Shown: one piece after another, positions 28,470 through 42,275 of the stretch
Layout: each line of letters begins with the position of its first letter
Position numbering within the stretch: the stretch's first letter is position 1
Assembly: GCA_964016885.1 (NCBI GenBank)
Contig: OZ024742.1
Coordinates: 77,748,001-77,812,000, forward strand
Direction: 5' to 3'
Length of the DNA stretch: 64,000 nt
Origin: Eledone cirrhosa
Lineage: Eukaryota
The notes under the pieces: model-generated
Database searches by the model: none
Told to the model about the DNA's origin: nothing
What the model saw: the letters and a program-made list of their open reading frames with translations, nothing else
Position numbers and translations under genes: made by a program

Positions 28470-28506
<37 letters not shown>

Positions 28507-28600
28507 AATATATATATGAAATATATGAAATATATGAAATATATGAAATATATGAAATATATGAAATATAAGAATCAAAGAACTGTTCAAAACATTATTG

Positions 28601-28647
28601 TGCTTACAGCTGTTTCCTCCAAACCGAGGTTTGGATTCTTCGGAGCA
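28601..28647 (-). ncRNA. Type I hammerhead ribozyme, U4C variant (element B, left arm)
   Basis: Exact reverse complement of 32825-32871. Confidence 0.8.
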
Positions 28648-29911
28648 ATTTATTAATGCATGGACAGTTATATGACCTCCTTTTCAGCCGAGAGACATAC
28701 CAATACATATTCAAACATTGATACATATTCAAACATTGTGGGTCAACATTCATTACAGAATTTAGAGTGGCAGTACACACTTCGAGATTACATTTATATT
28801 AATAGGTACAATCAAAAATCAAAGATATAGGTTAAAGTACAACATGAAGATAAGTGGTTATATAGTGCAAATGTTATATGTGTGGCACGCATGTGCGTCT
28901 TGTTTATATAGTGTGGCAGAGAGATATGTGTGGTAGAGGCACTTAGGTAGGTAAATAAGAGTGTTAGGTTGGTAGATCTGGTGGCAAAGTCTTTATATGA
29001 TTGATATAGTCTGTGTGTGGAGAAATATTATAAGCATTAAAGATAGTGCAAGCATTAAAAGTGTTATAAGTATTGGAGATGCACAGCGCAGGGATGTCAA
29101 GTAATTCATGTACTTCGGCATTTTCATGGTCAAGGGAGTGTATATTTCGATTATATGCCTTTCACATAATCCACGACAATCCAGTTAGAGATCGTAGTCT
29201 GGTGTTCTTTAGTTCGATACAGGAGGTTGTTACGTTTCGAGAAACGCCATTGAATACCGGAAGTGTGTGTGTGGCTAAGGGGAGTTAATGCATGCGGGGA
29301 GGTAACTCTGGGGTTTCTATATCTAGCCATTAAAATGTGTCCCAATATAGACCCTAAATTCTATGGTGAGGTGCACCTTCCAAGAGAGACTTTTAAAGCA
29401 TAAAGTGTACTAACTATAGAGTAGTTTAACTAGATTATGCTGAAGGTGATCATATTATTATTAAGGTGGATTAACCCATCTTAAGGTGCTACAAATGGAA
29501 ATTATAGATGATGAGCGAGGATTCTAAATTAATGGTCTCTGTGGTTGTAGTCTGCTCATATGACCAGGCGCGGTGATTGCAGGATTGCTTCAGGACCCAA
29601 TGATCTCTGGTAAGATCTGGGTCATCGCTTGCTACATTGGATGTCGAAAGATAATCGTCCCCAGGCAGGCCAAAGGTCAATCCGCAGTCCTCGCGACCCC
29701 TCTCTGACCGTCAGATCATCCATATACGTACAACCCGCGCGGCAGTTGCATTGCATTCACTCACTGCGCTCAGCAGCCCGGTCCTACTGGTCAACAGCGC
29801 TACTCGATTAAATCATTTTACATCTGTCTAAGGAAGGTGTTTCCTCTGCCCAACACCATCCAACCGATCAATTCATGCTCAAATTACCCTTAGAGCGGTG
29901 TAGTGCCGTCC

Positions 29912-31381
29912 ACTGATTTGGTCGGCCTATACCTCCTCAATGAAATCCATAAAGACCTCCCTTACCTCAACGGTGGTTTGTACCGCGATGATGCACTTCT
30001 ACTCATAGAATATAAAAAATTTAATATAGAAAGAACTAGAAAACAACTGCATAAGACATTCAAAAACTTTAACCTTAGTATCACCATGGACAAAAACACT
30101 AAAAATGTTAACTTCCTAGACGCCACACTATACCTAGACTCAAAAATATATACACCTTTCCATAAGCCTAATGAGAAACCTATTTACGTAGATACCAAGT
30201 CTAATCACCCTAGATCAATATTAAACTCTATCTCTAAGGGGGTGTCCAATAGAATCTCTAGTCTGTCCTATGACGCAAACATATTTAGCAAAAACTCACA
30301 ATATTACAATCAAGCATTAGCTAGCTCCGGCCATAATATAGAAATTGAGTTCCTACCTAAGAAAACACATAGCTACAACATCATCTCGCACAACATGTCC
30401 ATGAGGAAATCTAATAATAGGAATAGCAACCACAAGTGCACCAAAGCGGAGGGTGCCACCGGAAGTAACCATTACCATGGAAACTACTGTGAGGCCTTAG
30501 GAGGAAGCAACACACCAAACACTAAAAGCAAAAATAGAAGAAGAAATAATACATTTTTCAACCCTCCTTTCAACCTAAATGTCTCCACCAACATACCTAG
30601 GGCTTTCTTCTCACTACTAGATAAAAACTTCCCTCTAGGACACAAGTACCACAACCTCTTAAACAAAAACACCATTAAAATCTCATACTCTACGACGCCT
30701 AACTTAGCATACCACATAGCTAGCAGCAATAATAGTAAAATTAGTTCTTACTTCCAACAAACAAAATCACAACGGGATGCAAACCCTCTAAATACCACTG
30801 TAGCAAGCAACAATAGCAACGGCAGTAACAATAGAAATAACACTAGTATAAGTAATAACACCAGGGTTGTCAACCCGAACACCCAAAATCCTATATCCAC
30901 CACACAGACTTCCGCATTGCATTATAACCAGCGGACTAACGCACAGAATAATTGTAACTGTAGAGCTAATAGAACCTGCCCTTTAGATAAAAAATGCCTA
31001 ACCAAGGATGTCATATACTCATGCACAGTCACGACTAATAACTCTTCAGAAACCTATGTAGGCTCCACTTCTAACTGCTTCAAAATCAGATATAACTCGC
31101 ACATCCACTCGTTCAAAAAGCACAGCCTAGCCAACTCCACCTCACTTTCTAGCTACATACACTATCTAAAATCTAAAAATAAACCATACACACTCAAATG
31201 GGAAGTGATAGGCAACGCGACCTCGTACAAACCACCTAATAAATTCTGTAACCTCTGTATACTAGAGACACACAATATTATCTTCTCCAACCGTAACCTA
31301 CTTAACAAAAAATCTGAGGTGTTTGCAACTTGCCAGCACCGCCTCAGACATTCCTTCCAAAACTTTAAGCCCTATATATAG
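29912..31381 (+). CDS. PLE RT C-terminal half plus GIY-YIG endonuclease, open but 5'-truncated
   Basis: TDLVGLYLL, GLYRDD, VNFLDATL, SNHP, FFNPPFN, CNCRANRTCPLDKKCL, VIYSC..YVGST..FKIRYNSH, CNLCILE, TCQH; no internal stops. Confidence 0.9.
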   Translation, partial: TDLVGLYLLNEIHKDLPYLNGGLYRDDALLLIEYKKFNIERTRKQLHKTFKNFNLSITMDKNTKNVNFLDATLYLDSKIYTPFHKPNEKPIYVDTKSNHPRSILNSISKGVSNRISSLSYDANIFSKNSQYYNQALASSGHNIEIEFLPKKTHSYNIISHNMSMRKSNNRNSNHKCTKAEGATGSNHYHGNYCEALGGSNTPNTKSKNRRRNNTFFNPPFNLNVSTNIPRAFFSLLDKNFPLGHKYHNLLNKNTIKISYSTTPNLAYHIASSNNSKISSYFQQTKSQRDANPLNTTVASNNSNGSNNRNNTSISNNTRVVNPNTQNPISTTQTSALHYNQRTNAQNNCNCRANRTCPLDKKCLTKDVIYSCTVTTNNSSETYVGSTSNCFKIRYNSHIHSFKKHSLANSTSLSSYIHYLKSKNKPYTLKWEVIGNATSYKPPNKFCNLCILETHNIIFSNRNLLNKKSEVFATCQHRLRHSFQNFKPYI

Positions 31382-32824
31382 CAATGTCGCACTGGAACCT
31401 AACACCACATCTAGCATCAAACACCAGAGACACACCCTATACTACATACCCAACACTAGCTGATCCATTATAACACAAACAACGACATCCCTCTGGAACT
31501 CTTCGCAGGGAAAATACCCATTTATACCTCTACGGCAGGTGTGACAACATCCACCCACTTGGACGGCACTACACCGCTCTAAGGGTAATTTGAGCATGAA
31601 TTGATCGGTTGGATGGTGTTGGGCAGAGGAAACACCTTCCTTAGACAGATGTAAAATGATTTAATCGAGTAGCGCTGTTGACCAGTAGGACCGGGCTGCT
31701 GAGCGCAGTGAGTGAATGCAATGCAACTGCCGCGCGGGTTGTACGTATATGGATGATCTGACGGTCAGAGAGGGGTCGCGAGGACTGCGGATTGACCTTT
31801 GGCCTGCCTGGGGACGATTATCTTTCGACATCCAATGTAGCAAGCGATGACCCAGATCTTACCAGAGATCATTGGGTCCTGAAGCAATCCTGCAATCACC
31901 GCGCCTGGTCATATGAGCAGACTACAACCACAGAGACCATTAATTTAGAATCCTCGCTCATCATCTATAATTTCCATTTGTAGCACCTTAAGATGGGTTA
32001 ATCCACCTTAATAATAATATGATCACCTTCAGCATAATCTAGTTAAACTACTCTATAGTTAGTACACTTTATGCTTTAAAAGTCTCTCTTGGAAGGTGCA
32101 CCTCACCATAGAATTTAGGGTCTATATTGGGACACATTTTAATGGCTAGATATAGAAACCCCAGAGTTACCTCCCCGCATGCATTAACTCCCCTTAGCCA
32201 CACACACACTTCCGGTATTCAATGGCGTTTCTCGAAACGTAACAACCTCCTGTATCGAACTAAAGAACACCAGACTACGATCTCTAACTGGATTGTCGTG
32301 GATTATGTGAAAGGCATATAATCGAAATATACACTCCCTTGACCATGAAAATGCCGAAGTACATGAATTACTTGACATCCCTGCGCTGTGCATCTCCAAT
32401 ACTTATAACACTTTTAATGCTTGCACTATCTTTAATGCTTATAATATTTCTCCACACACAGACTATATCAATCATATAAAGACTTTGCCACCAGATCTAC
32501 CAACCTAACACTCTTATTTACCTACCTAAGTGCCTCTACCACACATATCTCTCTGCCACACTATATAAACAAGACGCACATGCGTGCCACACATATAACA
32601 TTTGCACTATATAACCACTTATCTTCATGTTGTACTTTAACCTATATCTTTGATTTTTGATTGTACCTATTAATATAAATGTAATCTCGAAGTGTGTACT
32701 GCCACTCTAAATTCTGTAATGAATGTTGACCCACAATGTTTGAATATGTATCAATGTTTGAATATGTATTGGTATGTCTCTCGGCTGAAAAGGAGGTCAT
32801 ATAACTGTCCATGCATTAATAAAT

Positions 32825-32871
32825 TGCTCCGAAGAATCCAAACCTCGGTTTGGAGGAAACAGCTGTAAGCA
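32825..32871 (+). ncRNA. Type I hammerhead ribozyme, U4C variant (element B, right arm)
   Basis: TGCT CCGAAGA A TCCAAACC-TC-GGTTTGGA G GAAA CAGCTGT A AGCA. Confidence 0.8.
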
Positions 32872-33072
32872 CAATAATGTTTTGAACAGTTCTTTGATTC
32901 TTATATTTCATATAACTGCTCTGTAAAACATCTGATGTTTTTACATTGAGCTACTTAACTTACTGGTAATAAGGTAGTAATACATTACTGCCTACCACTA
33001 TTTAGGGTGTGTGTAAAATACTTACAACTGCTTAAGGTTTTGTGTTTACATAACCATAAATAGTATAACTAA

Positions 33073-33732
<660 letters not shown>

Positions 33733-33831
33733 ATATATATATATCTAAATATATATATATATATATATATAGATATATATATATATAGATGTATTTGTAT
33801 ATATATATATATATATATCAATATATATATA

Positions 33832-34430
33832 TATTTTAGCTGTTTTTAGCCTATGAAAATATCTATATGCGTACTTTTATTTTTTCTTAATTAATTGAGT
33901 TCTTAACACGCAGGATTAAAATTGTTTTTAAAAAAACTAATTAACCCACGTGTATATTATTTTACTTTCTTGTTTTTCGCGATTGCCTCCCTTTTCCGCT
34001 TCGTGCCGCTGTGAAATTTCTTAGTCTAAAGACTGCTGGAATTTCAAATTTGGCGGTCATTATGATGCGTGAAGGGACGACTTAGCTGACACGAAAAATA
34101 ACTGCGGTAAGAAATTTTTTCTGATATCAAAGTTTGATGAGCATCCACTGATGATTTATAGGTGCCCACCTGCATGTGTTCTTACAGAAAAATATGTAGG
34201 CTTCTACATAAACCGGAAACATTCTCCCAACTCGTAGAAAACTTATAATGAAACAATTGTTTGGAAAGAGAAATATATTTTAACTTTAATTATATCTCAT
34301 ATAAAATAATACATATAGTTAACACCCCAAACACAAAATTGTGATTATAATAACGTATATCCTAATGTTTGTTGGGTGAGATGGTAGCCAGTCAGAGTTT
34401 AGCTTAAAGCTTTCTCTGTTATTGTATTAA
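33832..34430 (+). mobile_element. Non-coding PLE pLTR; partial inverted copy at 35746-35966
   Basis: 33832-34034 is the diverged reverse complement of 35746-35966; HHR and bulged hairpin present. Confidence 0.72.
34144..34265 (+). ncRNA. Type I hammerhead ribozyme with a large stem II insertion
   Basis: TCCA CTGATGA T TTATAGGT [~76 nt] ACTTATAA T GAAA CAATTGT T TGGA. Confidence 0.8.
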
Positions 34431-34707
34431 ATATATATATATATATTGTCGAGTATTGTCGAGCAATACTGGCCATGACTGCTGCTACGGTAGTAGGCTG
34501 GCCGCTGTCTTATTAACAACCAACTTTCCACCGATTGACCTCGATGTCACGTGTTCGATTCTTTTTGAATTTGCCGCAGACACAGAGCCAGTGATTTTCT
34601 CAATGGCTAGGAAGTAAGTCCACGCTTTGCTATTTCCTATTCACTGATTTACTTTTTAATAAGCTTCCAGAGTCCTCGCTTTGCCTAGAGACTTATATGA
34701 GAATAGA

Positions 34708-34787
34708 CTTTCCTGATGACGGGATGTTTCTCTTCACCTTCTTCGGAAGGTGTATCTACTCCATTCCAGAAACTAATTAGTTGGAAG
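34708..34787 (+). ncRNA. Type I hammerhead ribozyme with a UUCG hairpin inside loop II
   Basis: CTTTC CTGATGA C GGGATG..CACCTTC-TTCG-GAAGGTG..CATTCC A GAAA CTAATTAGT T GGAAG. Confidence 0.85.
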
Positions 34788-35239
34788 TGATATTTTAGTA
34801 AGTAAGTTAATTTTATAATTTTCTTATCTTACGTCTCTTATATTATTGTTCTGCAACCCCATGCATTGAACCACAATGTTATTAAGACAAAACCTATATA
34901 TTTGCTAGCATCGATATGCATTTGTATGTATATATATGTTACTAGATATAAATTCTTTATTATTATTTCCAAAATATTTGTCGAGCAATACTGGCCATGA
35001 CTGCTGCTACGGTAGTAGGCTGGCCGCTGTCTTATTGACAGAATCGAACAGCCCACTTTCCAACGATTAACCTCGATGTCACGTGTTCGATTCTTTTTGA
35101 ATTTGCCACAGACACAGAGGCAGTGATTTTCTCAATGGCTAGGAAGTAAGTCCACGCTTTGCTATTTCCTATTCACTGATTTATTTTTTAATAAGCTTCC
35201 AGAGTCCTCGCTTTGCCTGGAGACTTATATGAGAATAGA

Positions 35240-35319
35240 CTTTCCTGATGACGGGATGTTTCTCTTCACCTTCTTCGGAAGATGTATCTACTCCATTCCA
35301 GAAACTAATTAGTTGGAAG
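35240..35319 (+). ncRNA. Type I hammerhead ribozyme, tandem copy of 34708-34787
   Basis: Identical core and stems; one substitution in the inner hairpin. Confidence 0.85.
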
Positions 35320-35370
35320 TGATATTTTAGTAAGTAAGTTAATTTTATAACTTTCTTATCTTACGTCTCT

Positions 35371-35430
<60 letters not shown>

Positions 35431-35491
35431 CTATCTCTATATATATATCTAAATATATATATATATCTAAATATATATATATATGTATATC

Positions 35492-35542
<51 letters not shown>

Positions 35543-35606
35543 AACTAAATATACATATATATATATATACATATATATATTTATATACATATATATATAT
35601 ACAAAG

Positions 35607-35721
<115 letters not shown>

Positions 35722-35976
35722 AAGCATATTTTGAAACAGTGAGGAGTCTTTAGACTGAGGAATTTCACAGCATCACGAAGCGGAAAAGGGAGGCAATCGC
35801 GAAACACAAGAAAGTAACATAATATACACGTGGGTTAATTAGTTTTTTTAAAAACAATTTTAATCCTGCGTGTTAAGAACTCAATTAATTTTAAAAAAAT
35901 AAATGTATGCATGTATTAATTACACACGCATATAGATATTTTCTTAGTCTAAACACAGCTAAAATATATATATATA

Positions 35977-36078
<102 letters not shown>

Positions 36079-36092
36079 TATATATATATATC

Positions 36093-36177
<85 letters not shown>

Positions 36178-36184
36178 GTATATC

Positions 36185-36242
<58 letters not shown>

Positions 36243-36248
<6 letters not shown>

Positions 36249-37450
36249 TATTGAAGTTTGCTTGAAGCATTGTGGAACAATAAGTAAATATCTTTAAGTC
36301 GTTTGGAAGCCTCGAGAATGCAAATGGGTAAATCTCCGGGTAACAAGGTCCGGTGGTGGAGAGAGAGATGTAAGTGGGTGTACGTTGAGATGCGTGGTGT
36401 GTATAAGATGTGTGAGATGTGTAGAATGAAGGGAAGAGTATAAAGGATAAAATTAAAATAACAACACAAGAGAGAGTTACCTTGGGAGAGATTTAATAGT
36501 CCCTATATATTTCGGATTCACATCCATCAAGTGGGGTTTTTTTTCCGGGGTGGGGGAAAAGGTTGTCTGTCGGACAATTCCGAAACGCGTCCTTCGCTGT
36601 TTGTTGTTTTGAATTATCTAAGGTATTCGGCAGAGCGCGCGTGCGCGTGAAATGGGGTCGGTCGTACAGAGGTCAGCCGCCGAATGAGGGAGTGGGATGG
36701 CGCTAGCTGTCAGTCCATTCTCTGCCTGTTTGTTAAATGTTACTGTGTGTGTGTGTGCGTGTGTTGTTGTCTCGCTTGAGTGTGTGTGTGTGTGTGTGTG
36801 TGCGTGTGCTGTTGCCTTGTTCCTCTGTATTAGCAGTGTAGTATGTTCGTATGGTGGAATGATACTGTGTGTGTGTGCGTGTGTGTGTGTGTAGTTGTCT
36901 CGTTTGCGTGTGTGTGTGCGTGCGTGTGTTGTGTGTTGTTGCATCGCTTGTTAACTTAAAGCAGCCATCTCATTTCGCTTCTCTCTGATCGGGTGTTTAT
37001 TTGCGGTTGCAGTCGTTTGATAAAAAGCGCTTCCTTGATACGTATCGTGCCGACGTTTCTTTCAATCGCTAGAATTGTGACAATGGGCCTTCCGTCGTTG
37101 CTTCTGCATTTGTCTATGTGTTTTCGGAAAGACGAGGCCCTGGTTTTAATGTGTTCCTTGATCCGGATGTGCAAAGGTCGAATTGTGCTACCTATGTAGT
37201 GTTGTAGGCCTCTCTGCTGATGACGCAGAATTCCCAAAGGGAAAAGGGAAAAGAATTCTGCGTCATCAGCAGAGAGGCCTACAACACCCTGGCCCTCCAA
37301 CACCTTGACGATGACAACCTCTACTCCAAGGAAACGGGAATCACTCCCGCGCAGATAGAAGAACACACCAACTCCGCCTGGACCAACATCTGCGACCGGC
37401 GGAAGCTCCCGAAGAAGCTGAGATACAACCTCCTCACGAGGAACAGCAGA
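36243..37450 (-). mobile_element. Poseidon-like PLE fragment: minus-strand GIY-YIG and 3' region joined to a plus-strand RT N-terminal piece
   Basis: [16 protein letters not shown]...IRIKEALFIKRLQPQIN (36956-37198, minus); KGKEFCVISREAY...LYSK (from about 37243, plus); 35-bp fold-back at the junction. Confidence 0.78.
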
Positions 37451-37469
37451 TAGATGGCTTCCAGATAGA

Positions 37470-37648
37470 TGGTTTCCAAAAATAATGGTCGCATTTTAAA
37501 AGGGTATGTCAAAGCTTATTTGTAAAACTGTTGTATATTGTATTTTGTCTGATGAAGGCATACCATGATTTAATTTGGTATCCCTGAAATATGTATAATG
37601 AAATAAATATGGTTTTATAAATATAGTTTCCATTTATTAATATCGTAT
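37470..37648 (+). mobile_element. Solo pLTR end of Naiad family A, with HHR at 37541-37605
   Basis: Matches about 28245-28419 and ends at the same nucleotide before (TA)n. Confidence 0.85.
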
Positions 37649-37800
37649 ATATATATTTATTTATTAAAATAACAGATTAAAGTTTAAGCAGAGAATCGCT
37701 GCTTTCAACCTTAACGGGATCTAAATATTTGCTCTACGGTTCTTATATATTTATCCTTATCGAGCCCTCTTTGGATTTTAGTCTTCAAATTTATTATTAT

Positions 37801-37894
<94 letters not shown>

Positions 37895-37904
37895 CTATAT
37901 GTAC

Positions 37905-37997
<93 letters not shown>

Positions 37998-38038
37998 GAG
38001 AGTAAAACAAAGAAGCTTTCAATACATCAAAAGTCTTT

Positions 38039-38083
38039 ATTAGCCGACAATGTTTCGTCCTATTAAGGACTCATCAGGGCAAT
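38039..38083 (-). ncRNA. Minimal type I hammerhead ribozyme (element C, left arm)
   Basis: Reverse complement of 42231-42275. Confidence 0.9.
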
Positions 38084-41000
38084 TAAAACAACAAGAAGTA
38101 ATATCGGCAGATACAAGCTGAAAGCTCCGAAGAATACACTAAAGTATTGCAAAAATATATAATAAAAATAATAAAAATTACTAAAGATGTATATAACATT
38201 AAGAACCATATTACAAATATAGTCCAAAGCAAAAAAAAACTAGAGCTAAACAAAGGTGGTTATATAGAGCAGGAATTATATATAATACAATGTAATATAA
38301 TATAATATAATATACCTTTACCAACATTAAAATTACAATAAAAATCAAAAGGTACAATATGCATATGTATATATGTGCGCACACATACACATACAACAAT
38401 ACACACATCCATCTTCAACTGCACAAATTAAACCTTATTAAGAGTTTGAATATAAAAATAAGCATGATAGGAATGAAAATAATAATAATAATAATACTAA
38501 TACATCAACCCAATATACATGAGGTAATAATATGATATAATTATAAGTAGCACATATAATAAATAATACAATTATATACTATATAATACAATATAATAGA
38601 TAGATAATCTCCGGTTAATTTACACAAACAATATAGATGACACAATAATAATATAATAATAATATACTAACATTTATAATATACAATATACTAACATTTA
38701 TAATAAACAATATATAATGGTACTTAAGTTAACAAATCATTTCATACTGGGTTACAGAGTAGGTGAGGAAAAATAAATTGTACAATACCCCAAAAAAATG
38801 TTGATGGTACAAAAGTACAAACATCTTACATGATATATAAAGTTTAACATATCATAATGTTACATATAATTAACGGTAAGTAATAAGGATCAATATTACA
38901 ATAAAAAATACAATATAATATAATATATTATATAAAATAAATTAACATAATATAATATATAATTACTTATAATTACAAGGTTGGTAGACAGACATGTATA
39001 TGGATGAGTGAGTAAGTGCCAGACAGTAAATATAATGCACAGTAGTATTACAAATAAAATATAAAATATAAAATATAGAATAAAATAAATAAATAGAATC
39101 AACCGGAAATTAAAAAACAAAAACAAACGTATACAATTAGGTCTCACATGCAGTTAAGTAGTTAAGTAAAAACTAAGGAAACAACCCCTGTAAATGACTC
39201 AAAAACCCTATTTGATAAATTGATATTAAAAATATTTAAACTATCCAATAAGGCAGTATAATATTAGCTATAGTTTGAGTCGTTAAAGTTTATAAACGTT
39301 AATATTTCGTTACAAATGTTTACAAAAAGGAATGAAAATTTTTTACTATCATATACCTAACGATGTGTAAAAAACTGACTTAAGCAGAATTAAGGTAGGC
39401 TAATAGGGACAGAAATGAAGAAATATATGGAAGATGAAAAGGGGCATAAAAAATAGTCGATATACTATATTACATAATAGAAAGGAGCGTAAAAGAGGGG
39501 GGGTTAAATATAATCATAGTCAATTTGGAGGGGTTGATAATAAGTTTATGTGCGCATGGGGGGAGGGGGGGTCCAAAGAAGAATCCGAATAAAAATAAAA
39601 ATAAAAATAAGAATAAAATAAAATAAATAGCGTAAAATATATAATCTTATATACATTCATAAGGTGTAATAGTGAAAATTTAATGCGTAAGAAGATAGAT
39701 ATGGTACAGTAGCCAACAGATTATGAGAGCTAGAATAAAGAGTCATCAGAAACCAATGATAATAATGATGATAATAATAATGTTGGCAAACAAAAGAACC
39801 TAAACTAAAAAATAAATAATGGAATATATCAGCTAATGGGTACAATTTGTACTACTAGAACGTTTAGGTTTATAATAAAAGTATGAATTAGAAATAGCGT
39901 GGGGGCAAGAAGAGAATATCTCAGACTTTCTATTAAGTAAGGATGCGCTAGAGAAGATTATAGAGTGTGTCTCGAGGATACAGAGATTACAAAACTTAGT
40001 ATGTGTAGAAAGGTGGTTAGAGCGTGCTACTAAACGCCAGTTAAGGCTATATGGTATATTAGCTCCCTTAAGATCCCAGATATAATATGCTATATAGCAC
40101 ATTATATCTGGGATCTTAAGGGAGCTAATATACCATATAGCCTTAACTGGCTATATAGCACATTATATCTGGGATCTTAAGGGAGCTAATATACCATATA
40201 GCCTTAACTGGCGTTTAGTAGCACGCTCTAACCACCTTTCTACTGATACTAAATTTTGTAATCTCTGTATCCTCGAGACACACTCTATAATCTTCTCTAG
40301 CGCATCCTTACTTAATAGAAAGTCTGAGATATTCTCTTCTTGCCCCCACGCTATTTCTAATTCATACTTTTATTATAAACCTAAACGTTATAGTAGTACA
40401 AATTGTACCCATTAGCTGATATATTCCATTATTTATTTTTTAGTTTAGGTTCTTTTGTTTGCCAACATTATTATTATCATCATTATTATCATTGGTTTTT
40501 GATGACTCTTTATTCTAGCTCTCATAATCTTTTGGCTACTGTACCATATCTATCTTCTTACGCATTAAATTTTCACTATTACACCTTATGAATGTATATA
40601 AGATTATATATTTTACGCTATTTATTTTATTTTATTCTTATTTTTATTTTTATTTTTATTCGGATTCTTCTTTGGACCCCCCCCCCCTCCCCCCATGCGC
40701 ACATAAACTTATTATCAACCCCTCCAAATTGACTATGATTATATTTAACCCCCCCTCTTTTACGCTCCTTTCTATTATGTAATATAGTATATCGACTATT
40801 TTTTATGCCCCTTTTCATCTTCCATATATTTCTTCATTTCTGTCCCTATTAGCCTACCTTAATTCTGCTTAAGTCAGTTTTTTAGATATCGTTAGGTATA
40901 TGATAGTAAAAAAATTTCATTCCTTTTTGTAAACATTTGTAACGAAATATTAACGTTTATAAACTTTAATGACTTAAACTATAGCTAATATTATACTGCC

Positions 41001-42230
41001 TTATTGAATAGTTTAAATATTTTTAATATTAATTCATCAAATAGGGTTTTTGAGTCATTTACAGGGGTTGTTTCCTTAGTTTTTACTTAACTACTTAACT
41101 GCATGTGAGACCTAAATGTATACGTTTGTTTTTGTTTTTTTAATTTCCGGTTGATTCTATTTATTTATTTTATTCTATATTTTATATTTTATATTTTATT
41201 TGTAATACTACTGTGCATTATATTTACTGTCTGGCACTTACTCACTCATCCATATACATGTCTGTCTACCAACCTTGTAATTATAAGTAATTATATATTA
41301 TATTATGTTAATTTATTTTATATAATATATTATATTATATCGTATTTTTTATTGTAATATTGATCCTTATTACTTACCGTTAATTATATGTAACATTATG
41401 ATATGTTAAACTTTATATATCATGTAAGATGTTTGTACTTTTGTACCATCAAAATCTTTTTGGGGTATTGTACAATTTATTTTTCCTCACCTACTCTGTA
41501 ACCCAGTATGAATTGATTTGTTAACTTAAGTACCATTATATATTGTTTATTATAAATGTTAGTATATTGTATATTATAAATGTTAGTATATTGTATATTA
41601 TAAATGTTAGTATATTATTATTATATTATTATTGTGACATCTATATTGTTTGTGTAAATTAACCGGAGATTATCTATTCTATTATATTGTATTATATAGT
41701 ATATAATTGTATTATTTATTATATGTGCTACTTATAACTATATCATATTATTACCTCATGTATATTGGGTAGATGTATTAGTATTATTATTATTATTATT
41801 TTCATTCCTATCATGCTTATTTTTATATTCAAACTCTTAATAAGGTTTAATTTGTGCAGTTGAAGATGGATGTATGTATTGTTGTATGTGTATGTGTGTG
41901 TACGTGTGCGCACATATATACATATGCATATTGTACCTTTTGATTTTTATTGTAATTTTAATGTTGGTAAAGGTATATTATATTATATTATATTACATTG
42001 TATTATATATAATTCCTGCTCTATATAACCACCTTTGTTTAGCTCTAGGTTTTTTTTGCTTTGGACTATATTTGTAATATGTTTCTTAATGTTATATACA
42101 TCCTTAGTAATTTTTATTATATATTTTTATTATTTTTATTATATATTTTTGCAATACTTTAGTGTATGTACACTCCATATTCTTCGGAGCTTCCGGCTTG
42201 TATCTGCCGATATTACTTCTTGTTGTTTTG

Positions 42231-42275
42231 ATTGCCCTGATGAGTCCTTAATAGGACGAAACATTGTCGGCTAAT
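42231..42275 (+). ncRNA. Minimal type I hammerhead ribozyme (element C, right arm)
   Basis: GCC CTGATGA GTCCT-TAAT-AGGAC GAAA CATTGT C GGC; fully canonical core, GUC triplet. Confidence 0.92.

Larger units (their letters stand above)
34446..35375 (+). mobile_element. Non-coding PLE pLTR tandem (532-bp period), retrozyme-like
   Basis: About 34456-34846 repeats at 34978-35378; one HHR per unit; (TA)n flanks. Confidence 0.82.

Noticed and set aside
28558-32914. Long inverted repeats as TIRs of a DNA transposon or Polinton
   Set aside because: The interior encodes PLE RT and GIY-YIG, the arms carry HHRs, and no transposase or integrase is present.
36501-36536. Minus-strand GGAT-GTGA-ATCC GAAA TATAT A GGG
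   Set aside because: The 3' half fits an HHR but the CUGANGA core is lost; a relic at best.
37216-37252. CTGATGA...GAAA as a hammerhead
   Set aside because: No stems I or III; it is the antisense of RT coding sequence within the fold-back.
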